NCBI RefSeq assembly: GCF_016026235.1
Contig: NZ_CP065613.1
From: Escherichia coli
Lineage (GTDB): Bacteria; Pseudomonadota; Gammaproteobacteria; Enterobacterales; Enterobacteriaceae
Strand: one strand, 5' to 3'
Length of the DNA stretch: 64,000 bases
In this document: piece by piece, positions 36,527-46,295 of the stretch
Numbering within the stretch: the first letter of the stretch is position 1
Layout: each line of letters begins with the position of its first letter
The notes under the pieces: generated by a model
What the model was told of the DNA's origin: nothing
The model's input: the letters and a program-made list of their open reading frames with translations, nothing else
Databases searched by the model: none
Position numbers and translations under genes: made by a program

Positions 36527-37441
36527 ATGAGTCGTTCACAAAATTTACGCCACAATGTGATTAACCAGGTCATTGATGATATGGCGCGGGGTCATATCCC
36601 TTCCCCACTTCCATCGCAAAGTGCGCTGGCGGAAATGTACAACATCAGCCGCACTACAGTGCGTCATATTCTCAGCCACTTACGTGAATGCGGCGTCTTA
36701 ACGCAGGTTGGAAACGACTATGTGATTGCGCGTAAACCTGACCATGATGACGGTTTCGCCTGTACTACCGCTTCAATGAGTGAACAAAACAAAGTGTTTG
36801 AGCAGGCTTTTTTCACGATGATAAACCAGCGCCAGTTACGCCCTGGGGAAACTTTTTCTGAACTGCAACTGGCTCGGGCCGCGGGTGTCAGCCCGGTTGT
36901 AGTAAGAGAATATCTTTTAAAATTCGGCCGTTATAATCTTATTCAAAGCGAAAAGCGCGGCCAGTGGAGCATGAAGCAATTCGATCAATCCTACGCCGAG
37001 CAGCTGTTTGAACTACGCGAAATGCTCGAAACACATTCACTTCAGCACTTTCTCAACCTGCCTGATCATGATCCCCGCTGGCTGCAGGCGAAAACCATGC
37101 TCGAACGTCATCGGCTACTGCGTGACAACATCGGCAATAGCTTTCGCATGTTCTCGCAACTTGACAGAGATTTTCACTCCTTACTGCTTTCAGCTGCCGA
37201 CAATATCTTTTTTGATCAATCTCTTGAGATCATCTCAGTCATCTTTCATTTTCACTATCAATGGGACGAAAGCGATCTTAAACAGCGCAATATCATTGCC
37301 GTCGATGAGCATATGACCATTCTCAGCGCTCTGATTTGCCGCAGTGACCTTGATGCCACCCTTGCGCTCCGTAACCATTTGAATTCAGCTAAACAATCAA
37401 TGATTCGATCCATTAATGAGAACACGCGTTATGCTCATTAA
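36527..37441 (+). CDS. lgoR: GntR-family regulator LgoR (YjjM)
   Basis: 304 aa, N-terminal GntR HTH. Confidence 0.88.
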   Translation: MSRSQNLRHNVINQVIDDMARGHIPSPLPSQSALAEMYNISRTTVRHILSHLRECGVLTQVGNDYVIARKPDHDDGFACTTASMSEQNKVFEQAFFTMINQRQLRPGETFSELQLARAAGVSPVVVREYLLKFGRYNLIQSEKRGQWSMKQFDQSYAEQLFELREMLETHSLQHFLNLPDHDPRWLQAKTMLERHRLLRDNIGNSFRMFSQLDRDFHSLLLSAADNIFFDQSLEIISVIFHFHYQWDESDLKQRNIIAVDEHMTILSALICRSDLDATLALRNHLNSAKQSMIRSINENTRYAH

Positions 37442-37654
37442 GTACGGATTAAAAACAGCAAACTATTAGCGGTGCACGGTTTTATCAAAAGATAAATACC
37501 GGGAAATTCCCGCTTACCTATGCTCACAATCAGTCGACTAAAAATGTTTTTGTGAGCGGTAGTAAAGTCCTAAAACTTTAACCTGCCGTTAATGTCAACC
37601 TTGCGTAATGCACAATTACGTAAACAATTAAAATTATAAATACAGGAGTCCGGC

Positions 37655-39016
37655 GTGGAAAAAGAAAATATCACCCTCGATCCGCGTTCTTCATTTACTC
37701 CATCTTCGTCGGCAGATATTCCCGTGCCACCAGATGGATTAGTTCAACGCAGTACCCGAATTAAACGCATTCAAACCACCGCCATGTTGTTATTATTTTT
37801 TGCGGCGGTAATCAATTATCTCGACCGCAGTTCGCTGTCGGTAGCAAATTTAACGATTCGTGAAGAATTGGGATTAAGTGCCACCGAAATCGGCGCTTTG
37901 CTCTCCGTGTTTTCACTCGCTTACGGGATTGCGCAACTTCCTTGCGGCCCACTATTGGATCGTAAAGGCCCACGCCTGATGCTGGGACTGGGGATGTTCT
38001 TCTGGTCACTGTTCCAGGCCATGTCTGGCATGGTGCACAGCTTTACGCAGTTCGTGTTGGTGCGTATCGGTATGGGGATTGGTGAAGCGCCGATGAACCC
38101 ATGTGGCGTAAAAGTCATTAACGACTGGTTCAACATCAAAGAGCGCGGACGCCCGATGGGCTTCTTCAACGCAGCTTCTACCATTGGCGTTGCCGTAAGC
38201 CCACCGATTCTGGCGGCGATGATGCTGGTGATGGGCTGGCGTGGGATGTTTATTACCATTGGTGTGCTGGGGATTTTTCTCGCCATTGGCTGGTATATGC
38301 TCTATCGCAACCGCGAGCACGTAGAACTGACTGCCGTTGAACAAGCTTATCTCAATGCAGGTAGCGTCAATGCCCGCCGAGATCCGCTCAGTTTTGCCGA
38401 ATGGCGCAGCCTGTTCCGTAACCGCACAATGTGGGGAATGATGCTCGGATTCAGTGGCATCAACTACACTGCGTGGCTGTATCTGGCCTGGCTTCCTGGT
38501 TACCTGCAAACAGCCTATAACCTGGATTTAAAAAGCACAGGGTTGATGGCGGCTATCCCTTTCCTGTTTGGGGCTGCCGGGATGCTGGTCAACGGTTACG
38601 TTACTGACTGGCTGGTCAAAGGGGGAATGGCTCCGATTAAAAGCCGTAAGATCTGCATTATTGCCGGGATGTTCTGTTCTGCCGCCTTTACGCTGGTCGT
38701 ACCGCAAGCGACAACATCCATGACGGCGGTTCTGCTGATTGGCATGGCACTGTTCTGTATTCACTTTGCCGGAACATCCTGCTGGGGCTTGATCCACGTC
38801 GCAGTTGCTTCTCGCATGACGGCGTCGGTGGGCAGTATCCAGAACTTTGCCAGCTTCATCTGCGTCTCTTTTGCGCCGATCATTACTGGTTTTATTGTTG
38901 ATACCACCCACTCATTCCGTCTGGCACTAATCATCTGCGGTTGCGTCACCGCAGCGGGAGCACTGGCGTACATCTTCCTGGTTCGTCAGCCGATCAACGA
39001 CCCGCGTAAAGATTAA
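37655..39016 (+). CDS. lgoT: MFS L-galactonate transporter LgoT (YjjL)
   Basis: 453 aa, 12-TM MFS. Confidence 0.88.
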   Translation: MEKENITLDPRSSFTPSSSADIPVPPDGLVQRSTRIKRIQTTAMLLLFFAAVINYLDRSSLSVANLTIREELGLSATEIGALLSVFSLAYGIAQLPCGPLLDRKGPRLMLGLGMFFWSLFQAMSGMVHSFTQFVLVRIGMGIGEAPMNPCGVKVINDWFNIKERGRPMGFFNAASTIGVAVSPPILAAMMLVMGWRGMFITIGVLGIFLAIGWYMLYRNREHVELTAVEQAYLNAGSVNARRDPLSFAEWRSLFRNRTMWGMMLGFSGINYTAWLYLAWLPGYLQTAYNLDLKSTGLMAAIPFLFGAAGMLVNGYVTDWLVKGGMAPIKSRKICIIAGMFCSAAFTLVVPQATTSMTAVLLIGMALFCIHFAGTSCWGLIHVAVASRMTASVGSIQNFASFICVSFAPIITGFIVDTTHSFRLALIICGCVTAAGALAYIFLVRQPINDPRKD

Positions 39017-39023
39017 ACTCCCT

Positions 39024-39059
39024 ATGCCCGATAACATTTTGCTTATCGGGCATTTTTAT
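39024..39059 (+). terminator. rho-independent terminator after lgoT
   Basis: atgcccgataa...ttatcgggcat stem-loop followed by ttttat. Confidence 0.55.
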
Positions 39060-39064
39060 GGCGA

Positions 39065-40729
39065 TTAAAACGTTTCCCAGTTCTCCCCGCTATCTGCCAC
39101 TGCCATTTTACGCGGCGTAGCTGGCGTCACGTTTTTTACCACAGCCGATGTTTCACGCTGCTGTTGCTGCTGTTGCTGAATCCGGAACACTGCCACAGCT
39201 TCGGTCAGGCGACTGGCCTGCTCTTCCAGCGCGGCGGCGGCAGCGGCAGATTCTTCCACCAGCGCAGCGTTCTGTTGAGTTACCCGGTCCATCTCAGCAA
39301 CCGCTAAGCCAACCTGATCGATACCACGGCTCTGCTCATCAGAAGCAGAAGCAATTTCGCCCATAATGTCCGTCACGCGGGTCACGGCACTGACAATCTC
39401 CGCCATTGTTTCCCCTGCGCTTTCGACCAGCGTAGAGCCAACATCTACTTTCCCCACCGAGTCTTCAATCAGGCTTTTAATTTCACGAGCCGCCTGAGCG
39501 CTGCGCTGGGCCAGATTACGCACTTCACCCGCGACCACCGCAAAACCGCGCCCTTGCTCACCCGCGCGCGCTGCTTCAACCGCCGCGTTCAAAGCCAGAA
39601 TATTGGTCTGGAAGGCAATGCCGTCAATTACGCTGATAATATCGGCGATTTTCTGCGAACTGGTGGAGATATCGCGCATAGTCTGCACCACGTTATCTAC
39701 CACTTTGCCGCCGCGTTGCGCCGTTTCAGAAGCACTTAACGCCAGGTGGCTGGCCTGGCGCGCATTTTCGGCGTTCTGTTTCACCGTTGCGGTCAGTTGC
39801 TCCATGCTGGCTGCCGTCTCTTCCAGCGAAGCGGCCTGTTGCTCGGTGCGCGAAGAGAGATCGTTATTGCCGGTAGCGATTTCGCTGGCACCGCTATAGA
39901 TGGCATTGGCCCCGTTGCGCACATCACCGACGGTACGCATCAGCTCTCCCTGCATATGGCGCAAACTCTCTGCCAGTTGCCCCATCTCATTAGAGCCATC
40001 CACCTCAATCGGTTTCACCAGATCGCCGCCTGCAATATGACGAATGCTGTCAATCAGGCGATTCATTGGCGCTACCAACGAGGCTTTAATACCGAACCAG
40101 ACGGCGAAGATGACTGCCAGTACGACGATCATCACGCCCACCAGAATCCACATCGCCTGGCTGTAGGAGGCATTATTATCGCTGACGGCGATATCATAGA
40201 GCCGATCGTTTTGCTCCATGTAAGCCACATACTGCTTCTCGAAACCGTCCTGATATCCCTGGGTCGGCTGATCAAAGAACTCGTTGATTTTGCCTGCACC
40301 TAACAGTTGGATCAGCTCCGCCAGCGCATTGTGATAAATATCGTAATTACGTTTGATCTCTGCCGCTGCGGCGGTGCTCTGACGCGGGTCACGCGGCAAC
40401 GCTTCGTAATCCGCCCAGTTTTTTTCCGCCTGTTTCAGCGAAATACTGGCACTCTCCATCAGCTCAGCAACGGTTGAACCGCTACCAATATTATTCTGAT
40501 CCATCATGTAGCGGATACCCGCGCGGTTGAGGGTGTTACGCGTCTGCAACAACGCGACCCAGCTGCCATTCAGCGTGGATTGCTGCTGGCGAATGGTTTG
40601 TAAAACAGTGAAATTTTCTTTGTCATTCTTTAAGGCATTAAAGAACAGACCGCCTGATGTCAGTTGTAAAAGGCCAAAAACGGCCAAAACCAGCAGTAAG
40701 CTGGTCACAATTTTGATACGTTTTAACAT
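39065..40729 (-). CDS. tsr: methyl-accepting chemotaxis protein I (serine sensor) Tsr
   Basis: 554 aa, C-terminal NWETF pentapeptide, 7-residue Gln tract before RETSAVV. Confidence 0.9.
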   Translation of the reverse strand: MLKRIKIVTSLLLVLAVFGLLQLTSGGLFFNALKNDKENFTVLQTIRQQQSTLNGSWVALLQTRNTLNRAGIRYMMDQNNIGSGSTVAELMESASISLKQAEKNWADYEALPRDPRQSTAAAAEIKRNYDIYHNALAELIQLLGAGKINEFFDQPTQGYQDGFEKQYVAYMEQNDRLYDIAVSDNNASYSQAMWILVGVMIVVLAVIFAVWFGIKASLVAPMNRLIDSIRHIAGGDLVKPIEVDGSNEMGQLAESLRHMQGELMRTVGDVRNGANAIYSGASEIATGNNDLSSRTEQQAASLEETAASMEQLTATVKQNAENARQASHLALSASETAQRGGKVVDNVVQTMRDISTSSQKIADIISVIDGIAFQTNILALNAAVEAARAGEQGRGFAVVAGEVRNLAQRSAQAAREIKSLIEDSVGKVDVGSTLVESAGETMAEIVSAVTRVTDIMGEIASASDEQSRGIDQVGLAVAEMDRVTQQNAALVEESAAAAAALEEQASRLTEAVAVFRIQQQQQQQRETSAVVKNVTPATPRKMAVADSGENWETF

Positions 40730-40874
40730 GGTTTCTCTTTCCTGTGGACCGATGCAAGATTTTCGGCCAGGAAAGGAAAAACTTTATGAATATCCCGCGG
40801 AGATTACGCCGAGTAATTTTATTCACACTCTGAATTTAAAAAGCCATTATTTACATAAATTACTCACAATATAA

Positions 40875-40896
40875 ATATGTGATATGAATCACATAT
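40875..40896. promoter_or_regulatory. CRP binding site upstream of btsT
   Basis: aaatatgtgatatgaatcacatattt contains TGTGA-N6-TCACA in a perfect palindrome, about 210 bp upstream of the btsT start. Confidence 0.6.
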
Positions 40897-41105
40897 TTAT
40901 CGTCACTTAAACGACGCCTTTGCCGCTCAACCGCAAAACTGACCGCTTACATCCCTAAAATAACCACTCAGTTATTTACCTTACTTTACGCGCGCGTAAC
41001 TCTGGCAACATCACTACAGGATAGCGGTCAATTTACCTCCTCAAACGCAACGCAAACCTAGAACGGCTTCGGCCAACTATTAATCAATACATGCCAGGTT
41101 TTACT

Positions 41106-43256
41106 ATGGATACTAAAAAGATATTCAAGCACATACCCTGGGTGATTCTCGGAATCATCGGTGCATTCTGCCTCGCGGTAGTTGCATTACGTCGGGGGGA
41201 GCACGTCAGCGCCCTGTGGATCGTGGTCGCCTCTGTGTCGGTGTATCTGGTGGCGTATCGCTACTACAGTCTGTACATCGCCCAGAAGGTGATGAAACTC
41301 GACCCCACGCGCGCGACGCCTGCGGTTATTAACAACGACGGTCTGAACTACGTTCCGACCAACCGTTACGTGTTGTTTGGTCACCACTTCGCCGCTATCG
41401 CCGGTGCTGGTCCGCTGGTGGGTCCGGTTCTCGCCGCGCAGATGGGCTACCTGCCTGGCACGCTGTGGCTGCTGGCGGGGGTCGTGCTGGCCGGTGCGGT
41501 TCAGGACTTTATGGTGCTGTTTATCTCCTCTCGCCGTAATGGCGCATCTCTTGGTGAGATGATCAAAGAAGAGATGGGACCAGTACCGGGGACTATCGCG
41601 CTGTTTGGCTGTTTCTTAATCATGATCATCATCCTCGCCGTCCTGGCGCTGATTGTGGTTAAAGCCCTGGCCGAAAGTCCGTGGGGTGTCTTCACCGTTT
41701 GCTCAACCGTACCGATTGCGCTGTTTATGGGTATCTACATGCGCTTTATCCGTCCGGGGCGTGTGGGTGAAGTCTCTGTCATTGGTATCGTGCTGCTGGT
41801 TGCCTCTATCTACTTCGGTGGCGTGATTGCTCACGATCCGTACTGGGGTCCGGCACTGACCTTTAAAGACACCACCATTACCTTCGCGCTGATTGGCTAT
41901 GCGTTTGTTTCCGCACTGCTGCCGGTGTGGCTGATCCTCGCACCGCGCGACTATCTGGCAACCTTCCTGAAAATCGGCGTTATCGTCGGCCTGGCGCTGG
42001 GTATCGTGGTGCTGAACCCGGAACTGAAAATGCCTGCGATGACCCAGTACATTGACGGTACTGGCCCGCTGTGGAAAGGCGCTCTGTTCCCGTTCCTGTT
42101 CATCACCATCGCCTGTGGTGCGGTATCTGGCTTCCACGCGCTGATCTCTTCCGGTACGACGCCGAAACTGCTGGCTAACGAAACCGACGCGCGTTTCATT
42201 GGCTACGGCGCAATGCTGATGGAGTCCTTCGTGGCGATTATGGCGCTGGTTGCTGCGTCCATCATCGAACCGGGTCTTTACTTCGCGATGAATACCCCGC
42301 CTGCGGGCCTTGGCATCACCATGCCTAACCTGCATGAAATGGGTGGCGAGAACGCGCCGATCATCATGGCGCAGCTGAAAGACGTTACCGCACACGCGGC
42401 GGCGACCGTCAGCTCCTGGGGCTTCGTGATTTCGCCAGAGCAGATCCTGCAAACCGCGAAAGACATTGGTGAGCCTTCTGTCCTGAACCGTGCAGGTGGT
42501 GCGCCGACGCTGGCGGTAGGTATCGCTCATGTGTTCCACAAAGTGCTGCCGATGGCTGACATGGGCTTCTGGTATCACTTCGGTATTCTGTTCGAAGCCC
42601 TGTTCATCCTGACCGCGCTGGATGCGGGTACCCGTTCTGGCCGCTTTATGCTGCAAGACCTGCTGGGTAACTTCATCCCGTTCCTGAAAAAAACCGACTC
42701 TCTGGTTGCCGGTATCATCGGTACTGCGGGCTGTGTGGGTCTGTGGGGCTACCTGCTGTATCAGGGCGTGGTCGATCCGCTGGGCGGCGTTAAGAGCCTG
42801 TGGCCGCTGTTCGGTATCTCCAACCAGATGCTGGCAGCCGTAGCGCTGGTACTGGGCACCGTTGTGCTGATTAAGATGAAGCGCACCCAATACATCTGGG
42901 TAACTGTTGTTCCGGCTGTATGGCTGCTTATCTGCACCACTTGGGCGCTGGGTCTGAAACTGTTCAGCACCAACCCGCAGATGGAAGGCTTCTTCTACAT
43001 GGCAAGCCAGTACAAAGAGAAGATTGCTAACGGTACTGACCTGACGGCGCAGCAGATTGCCAACATGAACCACATCGTTGTGAACAACTACACCAACGCG
43101 GGCCTGAGTATTCTGTTCCTGATTGTGGTGTACAGCATCATCTTCTACGGTTTCAAAACCTGGCTTGCGGTGCGTAACAGCGACAAACGTACTGACAAAG
43201 AAACACCGTACGTTCCAATCCCGGAAGGCGGCGTGAAGATCTCTTCGCACCACTAA
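41106..43256 (+). CDS. btsT: CstA-family pyruvate/H+ symporter BtsT (YjiY)
   Basis: 716 aa from MDTKKIFKHIPWVILGIIGAF. Confidence 0.9.
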   Translation: MDTKKIFKHIPWVILGIIGAFCLAVVALRRGEHVSALWIVVASVSVYLVAYRYYSLYIAQKVMKLDPTRATPAVINNDGLNYVPTNRYVLFGHHFAAIAGAGPLVGPVLAAQMGYLPGTLWLLAGVVLAGAVQDFMVLFISSRRNGASLGEMIKEEMGPVPGTIALFGCFLIMIIILAVLALIVVKALAESPWGVFTVCSTVPIALFMGIYMRFIRPGRVGEVSVIGIVLLVASIYFGGVIAHDPYWGPALTFKDTTITFALIGYAFVSALLPVWLILAPRDYLATFLKIGVIVGLALGIVVLNPELKMPAMTQYIDGTGPLWKGALFPFLFITIACGAVSGFHALISSGTTPKLLANETDARFIGYGAMLMESFVAIMALVAASIIEPGLYFAMNTPPAGLGITMPNLHEMGGENAPIIMAQLKDVTAHAAATVSSWGFVISPEQILQTAKDIGEPSVLNRAGGAPTLAVGIAHVFHKVLPMADMGFWYHFGILFEALFILTALDAGTRSGRFMLQDLLGNFIPFLKKTDSLVAGIIGTAGCVGLWGYLLYQGVVDPLGGVKSLWPLFGISNQMLAAVALVLGTVVLIKMKRTQYIWVTVVPAVWLLICTTWALGLKLFSTNPQMEGFFYMASQYKEKIANGTDLTAQQIANMNHIVVNNYTNAGLSILFLIVVYSIIFYGFKTWLAVRNSDKRTDKETPYVPIPEGGVKISSHH

Positions 43257-43264
43257 CCGTGTTT

Positions 43265-43292
43265 AGCCCCGCTTCGGCGGGGCTTTGTTCTT
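43265..43292 (+). terminator. rho-independent terminator after btsT
   Basis: agccccgc-ttcg-gcggggct followed by ttgttctt. Confidence 0.6.
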
Positions 43293-43305
43293 ATCAGAGT
43301 GAACT

Positions 43306-43509
43306 ATGTTTGGTAACTTAGGACAGGCAAAAAAATATCTCGGCCAGGCGGCAAAGATGTTGATTGGCATTCCAGACTACGACAACTACGTCGAGCATAT
43401 GAAGACCAACCATCCCGACAAGCCGTACATGAGCTATGAAGAATTCTTCCGCGAACGCCAGAACGCGCGCTACGGCGGCGATGGTAAAGGCGGTATGCGC
43501 TGTTGTTAA
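43306..43509 (+). CDS. yjiX: small protein YjiX (DUF466)
   Basis: 67 aa [33 protein letters not shown]. Confidence 0.85.
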
Positions 43510-43519
43510 TGGAGAGAGC

Positions 43520-44476
43520 ATGAACCCGATTGCAGTTACCCTACTCACCGGTTTTTTAGGCGCGGGAAAAACCACCCTGCTGCGCCATATTCTTAACGAA
43601 CAACACGGCTACAAGATTGCCGTGATTGAAAACGAATTCGGCGAAGTCTCCGTTGATGATCAACTAATTGGCGACCGCGCCACGCAGATCAAAACGCTGA
43701 CCAACGGCTGCATCTGCTGTTCGCGCTCCAACGAGCTGGAAGACGCACTACTCGACCTGCTGGATAATCTCGACAAGGGCAATATTCAGTTTGACCGTCT
43801 GGTCATTGAATGCACCGGCATGGCCGATCCCAGCCCGATTATTCAGACCTTTTTCTCCCATGAGATTTTATGCCAGCGTTACCTGCTGGACGGTGTGATT
43901 GCGCTGGTGGATGCGGTACATGCCGACGAGCAGATGAACCAGTTCACCATCGCTCAGTCCCAGGTTGGCTACGCCGACCGTATTCTGCTGACCAAAACCG
44001 ACGTCGCAGGCGAAGCAGAAAAACTGCGTGAACGCCTGGCGCGCATCAACGCCCGTGCACCGGTCTACACCGTCACCCACGGCGACATCGACCTGGGCCT
44101 GCTGTTCAACACCAACGGTTTTATGCTGGAAGAGAACGTCGTCAGCACCAAACCGCGTTTCCACTTTATCGCGGATAAACAAAACGATATTTCGTCGATT
44201 GTGGTGGAACTGGATTACCCGGTAGATATCAGCGAAGTTTCCCGGGTGATGGAAAACCTGCTTCTGGAATCGGCAGATAAACTGCTGCGTTACAAAGGGA
44301 TGCTGTGGATTGACGGCGAACCTAACCGCCTGCTGTTCCAGGGCGTCCAGCGCCTCTACAGCGCCGACTGGGACCGCCCGTGGGGCGATGAAAAACCGCA
44401 TAGCACAATGGTGTTTATCGGGATTCAGTTGCCGGAGGAAGAGATTCGGGCAGCGTTTGCGGGGTTGAGGAAGTAA
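43520..44476 (+). CDS. yjiA: CobW/P47K-family GTPase YjiA
   Basis: 318 aa from MNPIAVTLLTGFLGAGKTTLL; P-loop and CxCC motif. Confidence 0.9.
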   Translation: MNPIAVTLLTGFLGAGKTTLLRHILNEQHGYKIAVIENEFGEVSVDDQLIGDRATQIKTLTNGCICCSRSNELEDALLDLLDNLDKGNIQFDRLVIECTGMADPSPIIQTFFSHEILCQRYLLDGVIALVDAVHADEQMNQFTIAQSQVGYADRILLTKTDVAGEAEKLRERLARINARAPVYTVTHGDIDLGLLFNTNGFMLEENVVSTKPRFHFIADKQNDISSIVVELDYPVDISEVSRVMENLLLESADKLLRYKGMLWIDGEPNRLLFQGVQRLYSADWDRPWGDEKPHSTMVFIGIQLPEEEIRAAFAGLRK

Positions 44477-44487
44477 TTTTGGATGAT

Positions 44488-44518
44488 GGCCGCCATGGGG
44501 CGGCCTGAATTATTTTTT
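44488..44518. terminator. convergent stem-loop between yjiA and brnA
   Basis: ggccgcc-atgg-ggcggcc followed by tgaattatttttt on the plus strand. Confidence 0.4.
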
Positions 44519-44812
44519 GTTCTGATCGCGCAGCATCGCTTCACGTAAAATTGCGTTCAGGCGAGTTTGATAGCCTTTACCTGGTCGCTTCAACCATTCC
44601 ATCACATCAGCATCAATACGCACCGAAGCCTGAGTTTTCAATGGCCGATAAAACTTACCGCGTTCGGCGTTAGACCATTGCTCATCGCTGGAAGGTGGGA
44701 TATCACTGTAATCAATATCTTCGTCGGATTTATTCGCCAGCGCCTTCAGTTCGGCCTCATGCTGCACATCGAGTGTAGAGGAGGTCCCTCGTTTATGTTT
44801 AACCATGCTCAT
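44510..44812 (-). CDS. BrnA-like antitoxin (ribbon-helix-helix, COG3514-type)
   Basis: about 100 aa from MSMVKHKRG...; C-terminal SVRIDADVMEWLKRPGKGYQTRLNAILREAM is typical of BrnA; start 8 bp after the BrnT stop. Confidence 0.7.
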   Translation of the reverse strand: MSMVKHKRGTSSTLDVQHEAELKALANKSDEDIDYSDIPPSSDEQWSNAERGKFYRPLKTQASVRIDADVMEWLKRPGKGYQTRLNAILREAMLRDQNKK

Positions 44813-45086
44813 AGCGATTCCTCTCTTTACGATCTGCTTTTCGTGCACTGATGATTCGAATAATTTCATTTCCGCTTTCGAAACGGATGGTATGCGCAAC
44901 CAGAATAACCACGATGCCGTAAACCAGGCCGATTGTCTGCCAGCGATACTCACCGTTTTCTATGCGTTCTTGCTGTGACAAATGTTGTGGATCATCAAAC
45001 AATAACACCGCATCTTCAAAGCGGATGCCATGTTTCACCCGATTACTTTTGGCCTTGTTTTCATCCCATTCAAACTCCATTGGCAT
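44799..45086 (-). CDS. BrnT-like toxin (DUF497 / COG2929 ribonuclease type)
   Basis: MPMEFEWDENKAKSNRVKHGIRFEDAVLLFDDP...IRIISARKADRKERNRYE; DUF497 hallmarks FEWDxxKAxxNxxKHG and IRIISARKA; start codon uncertain (45080-45113). Confidence 0.7.
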   Translation of the reverse strand: MPMEFEWDENKAKSNRVKHGIRFEDAVLLFDDPQHLSQQERIENGEYRWQTIGLVYGIVVILVAHTIRFESGNEIIRIISARKADRKERNRYEHG

Positions 45087-45284
45087 AATTGCCATCCCTA
45101 ATTGTATATACAAAAATGTATCTACAATTATTCTGCAATTATAGCGTTGATGTTGGAAATAGCATCACGTTTCGAATAATCAACCATAAAATTGACAATG
45201 AGTAAGTTGGACTTGATTCATCCAATAGAATTTCTCGCCTGACATGGCACACTAAACACCTCGCTGTCGGGTAATGACTCCAAC

Positions 45285-45787
45285 TTACTGATAGTGTTTT
45301 ATGTTCAGATAATGCCCGATGACCTTGTCATGCAGCTCCACCGATTTTGAGAACGACAGTGACTTCCGTCCCAGCCTTGCCAGATGTTGTCTCAGATTCA
45401 GATTATGTCGCTCAATGCGCTGAGTGTAACGCTTGCTGATAACGTGCAGCTTTCCCTTCAGGCGTGATTCATACAGCGGCCAGCCATCCGTCATCTATAC
45501 TACGACCTCAAAGGCCGACAGCAGGCTCAGAAGACGCTCCAGTGTGGCCAGAGTGCGTTCACCGAAGACGTGGCCACAACCGTCCTCCGTATCCTGTCAT
45601 ACGCGTAAAACAGCCAGCGCTGACGTGATTTAGCACCGACGTAGCCCCAATGTTCGTCCATTTCAGCGCAGACAATCACATCACTGCCCGGTTGTATGCG
45701 CGAGGTTACCGACTGCGGCCTGAGTTTTTTAAGTGACGTAAAACCGTGTTGAGGCCAACGCCCATAATGCGTGCACTGGCGCGACAT
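45285..45787 (-). pseudogene. insB: IS1 insB, frameshifted and interrupted
   Basis: split into 86-aa and 69-aa ORF fragments; alignment to copy 1 shows a 1-bp deletion (cgtggccacaaccg vs cgtgcgcaacaaccg) and a stop (ctatactac). Confidence 0.7.
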
Positions 45788-45981
45788 CCGACGCCATTCA
45801 TGGCCATATCAATGATTTTCTGGTGCGTACCGGGCTGAGAGGCGGTGTAAGTGAACTGCAGTTGCCATGTTTTACGGCAATGAGAGCAGAGATAGCGCTG
45901 ATGTCCGGCAGTGCTTTTGCCGTTACGCACCACGCCTTCAGTAGCGGAGCAGGAAGCACATCTGATGGAAATGGAAGCCAC
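45706..45981 (-). CDS. insA: IS1 InsA (variant)
   Basis: 91 aa [37 protein letters not shown]. Confidence 0.8.
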   Translation of the reverse strand: MASISIRCASCSATEGVVRNGKSTAGHQRYLCSHCRKTWQLQFTYTASQPGTHQKIIDMAMNGVGCRASARIMGVGLNTVLRHLKNSGRSR

Positions 45982-46295
45982 GCAAGCACCTTAAAATCAC
46001 CATCATACACTAAATCAGTAAGTTGGCAGCATTACCAAATTTTAATTACACTTAAGGTGTATATTTTCTATGCAAGCCATCAATTAAAGAGGTGTAATGT
46101 TCTGATGACTATTTGTAATCGTTATACATTCTGACCTGGAGTCAGAAGGTATTTCTCTGTCTGTGTATTCGCAGGCAGTGTGGTTGATTACATGAAATTC
46201 AGTACATTTGTCCTTCTCGCCTGCCTTTCGTCATTACCGACGGTATTGAATTTCGTTTTCCCCATTGGGGTTCTCCGGACAAGGAGTTGTTTGTT

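Larger units (their letters stand above)
45270..46036 (-). mobile_element. IS1 variant (767 bp), copy 2, with insB inactivated
   Basis: IS1 ends present (one IR base differs from copy 1); InsA intact but divergent; insB has a 1-bp deletion and an in-frame TAG relative to copy 1; no target duplication. Confidence 0.85.

Noticed and set aside
41703-43253. 516-aa ORF antisense to btsT
   Set aside because: Lies entirely within, and opposite to, the well-supported btsT gene; its translation is Arg/His/Gln-rich low-complexity sequence typical of a stop-free antisense frame in a GC-rich gene.
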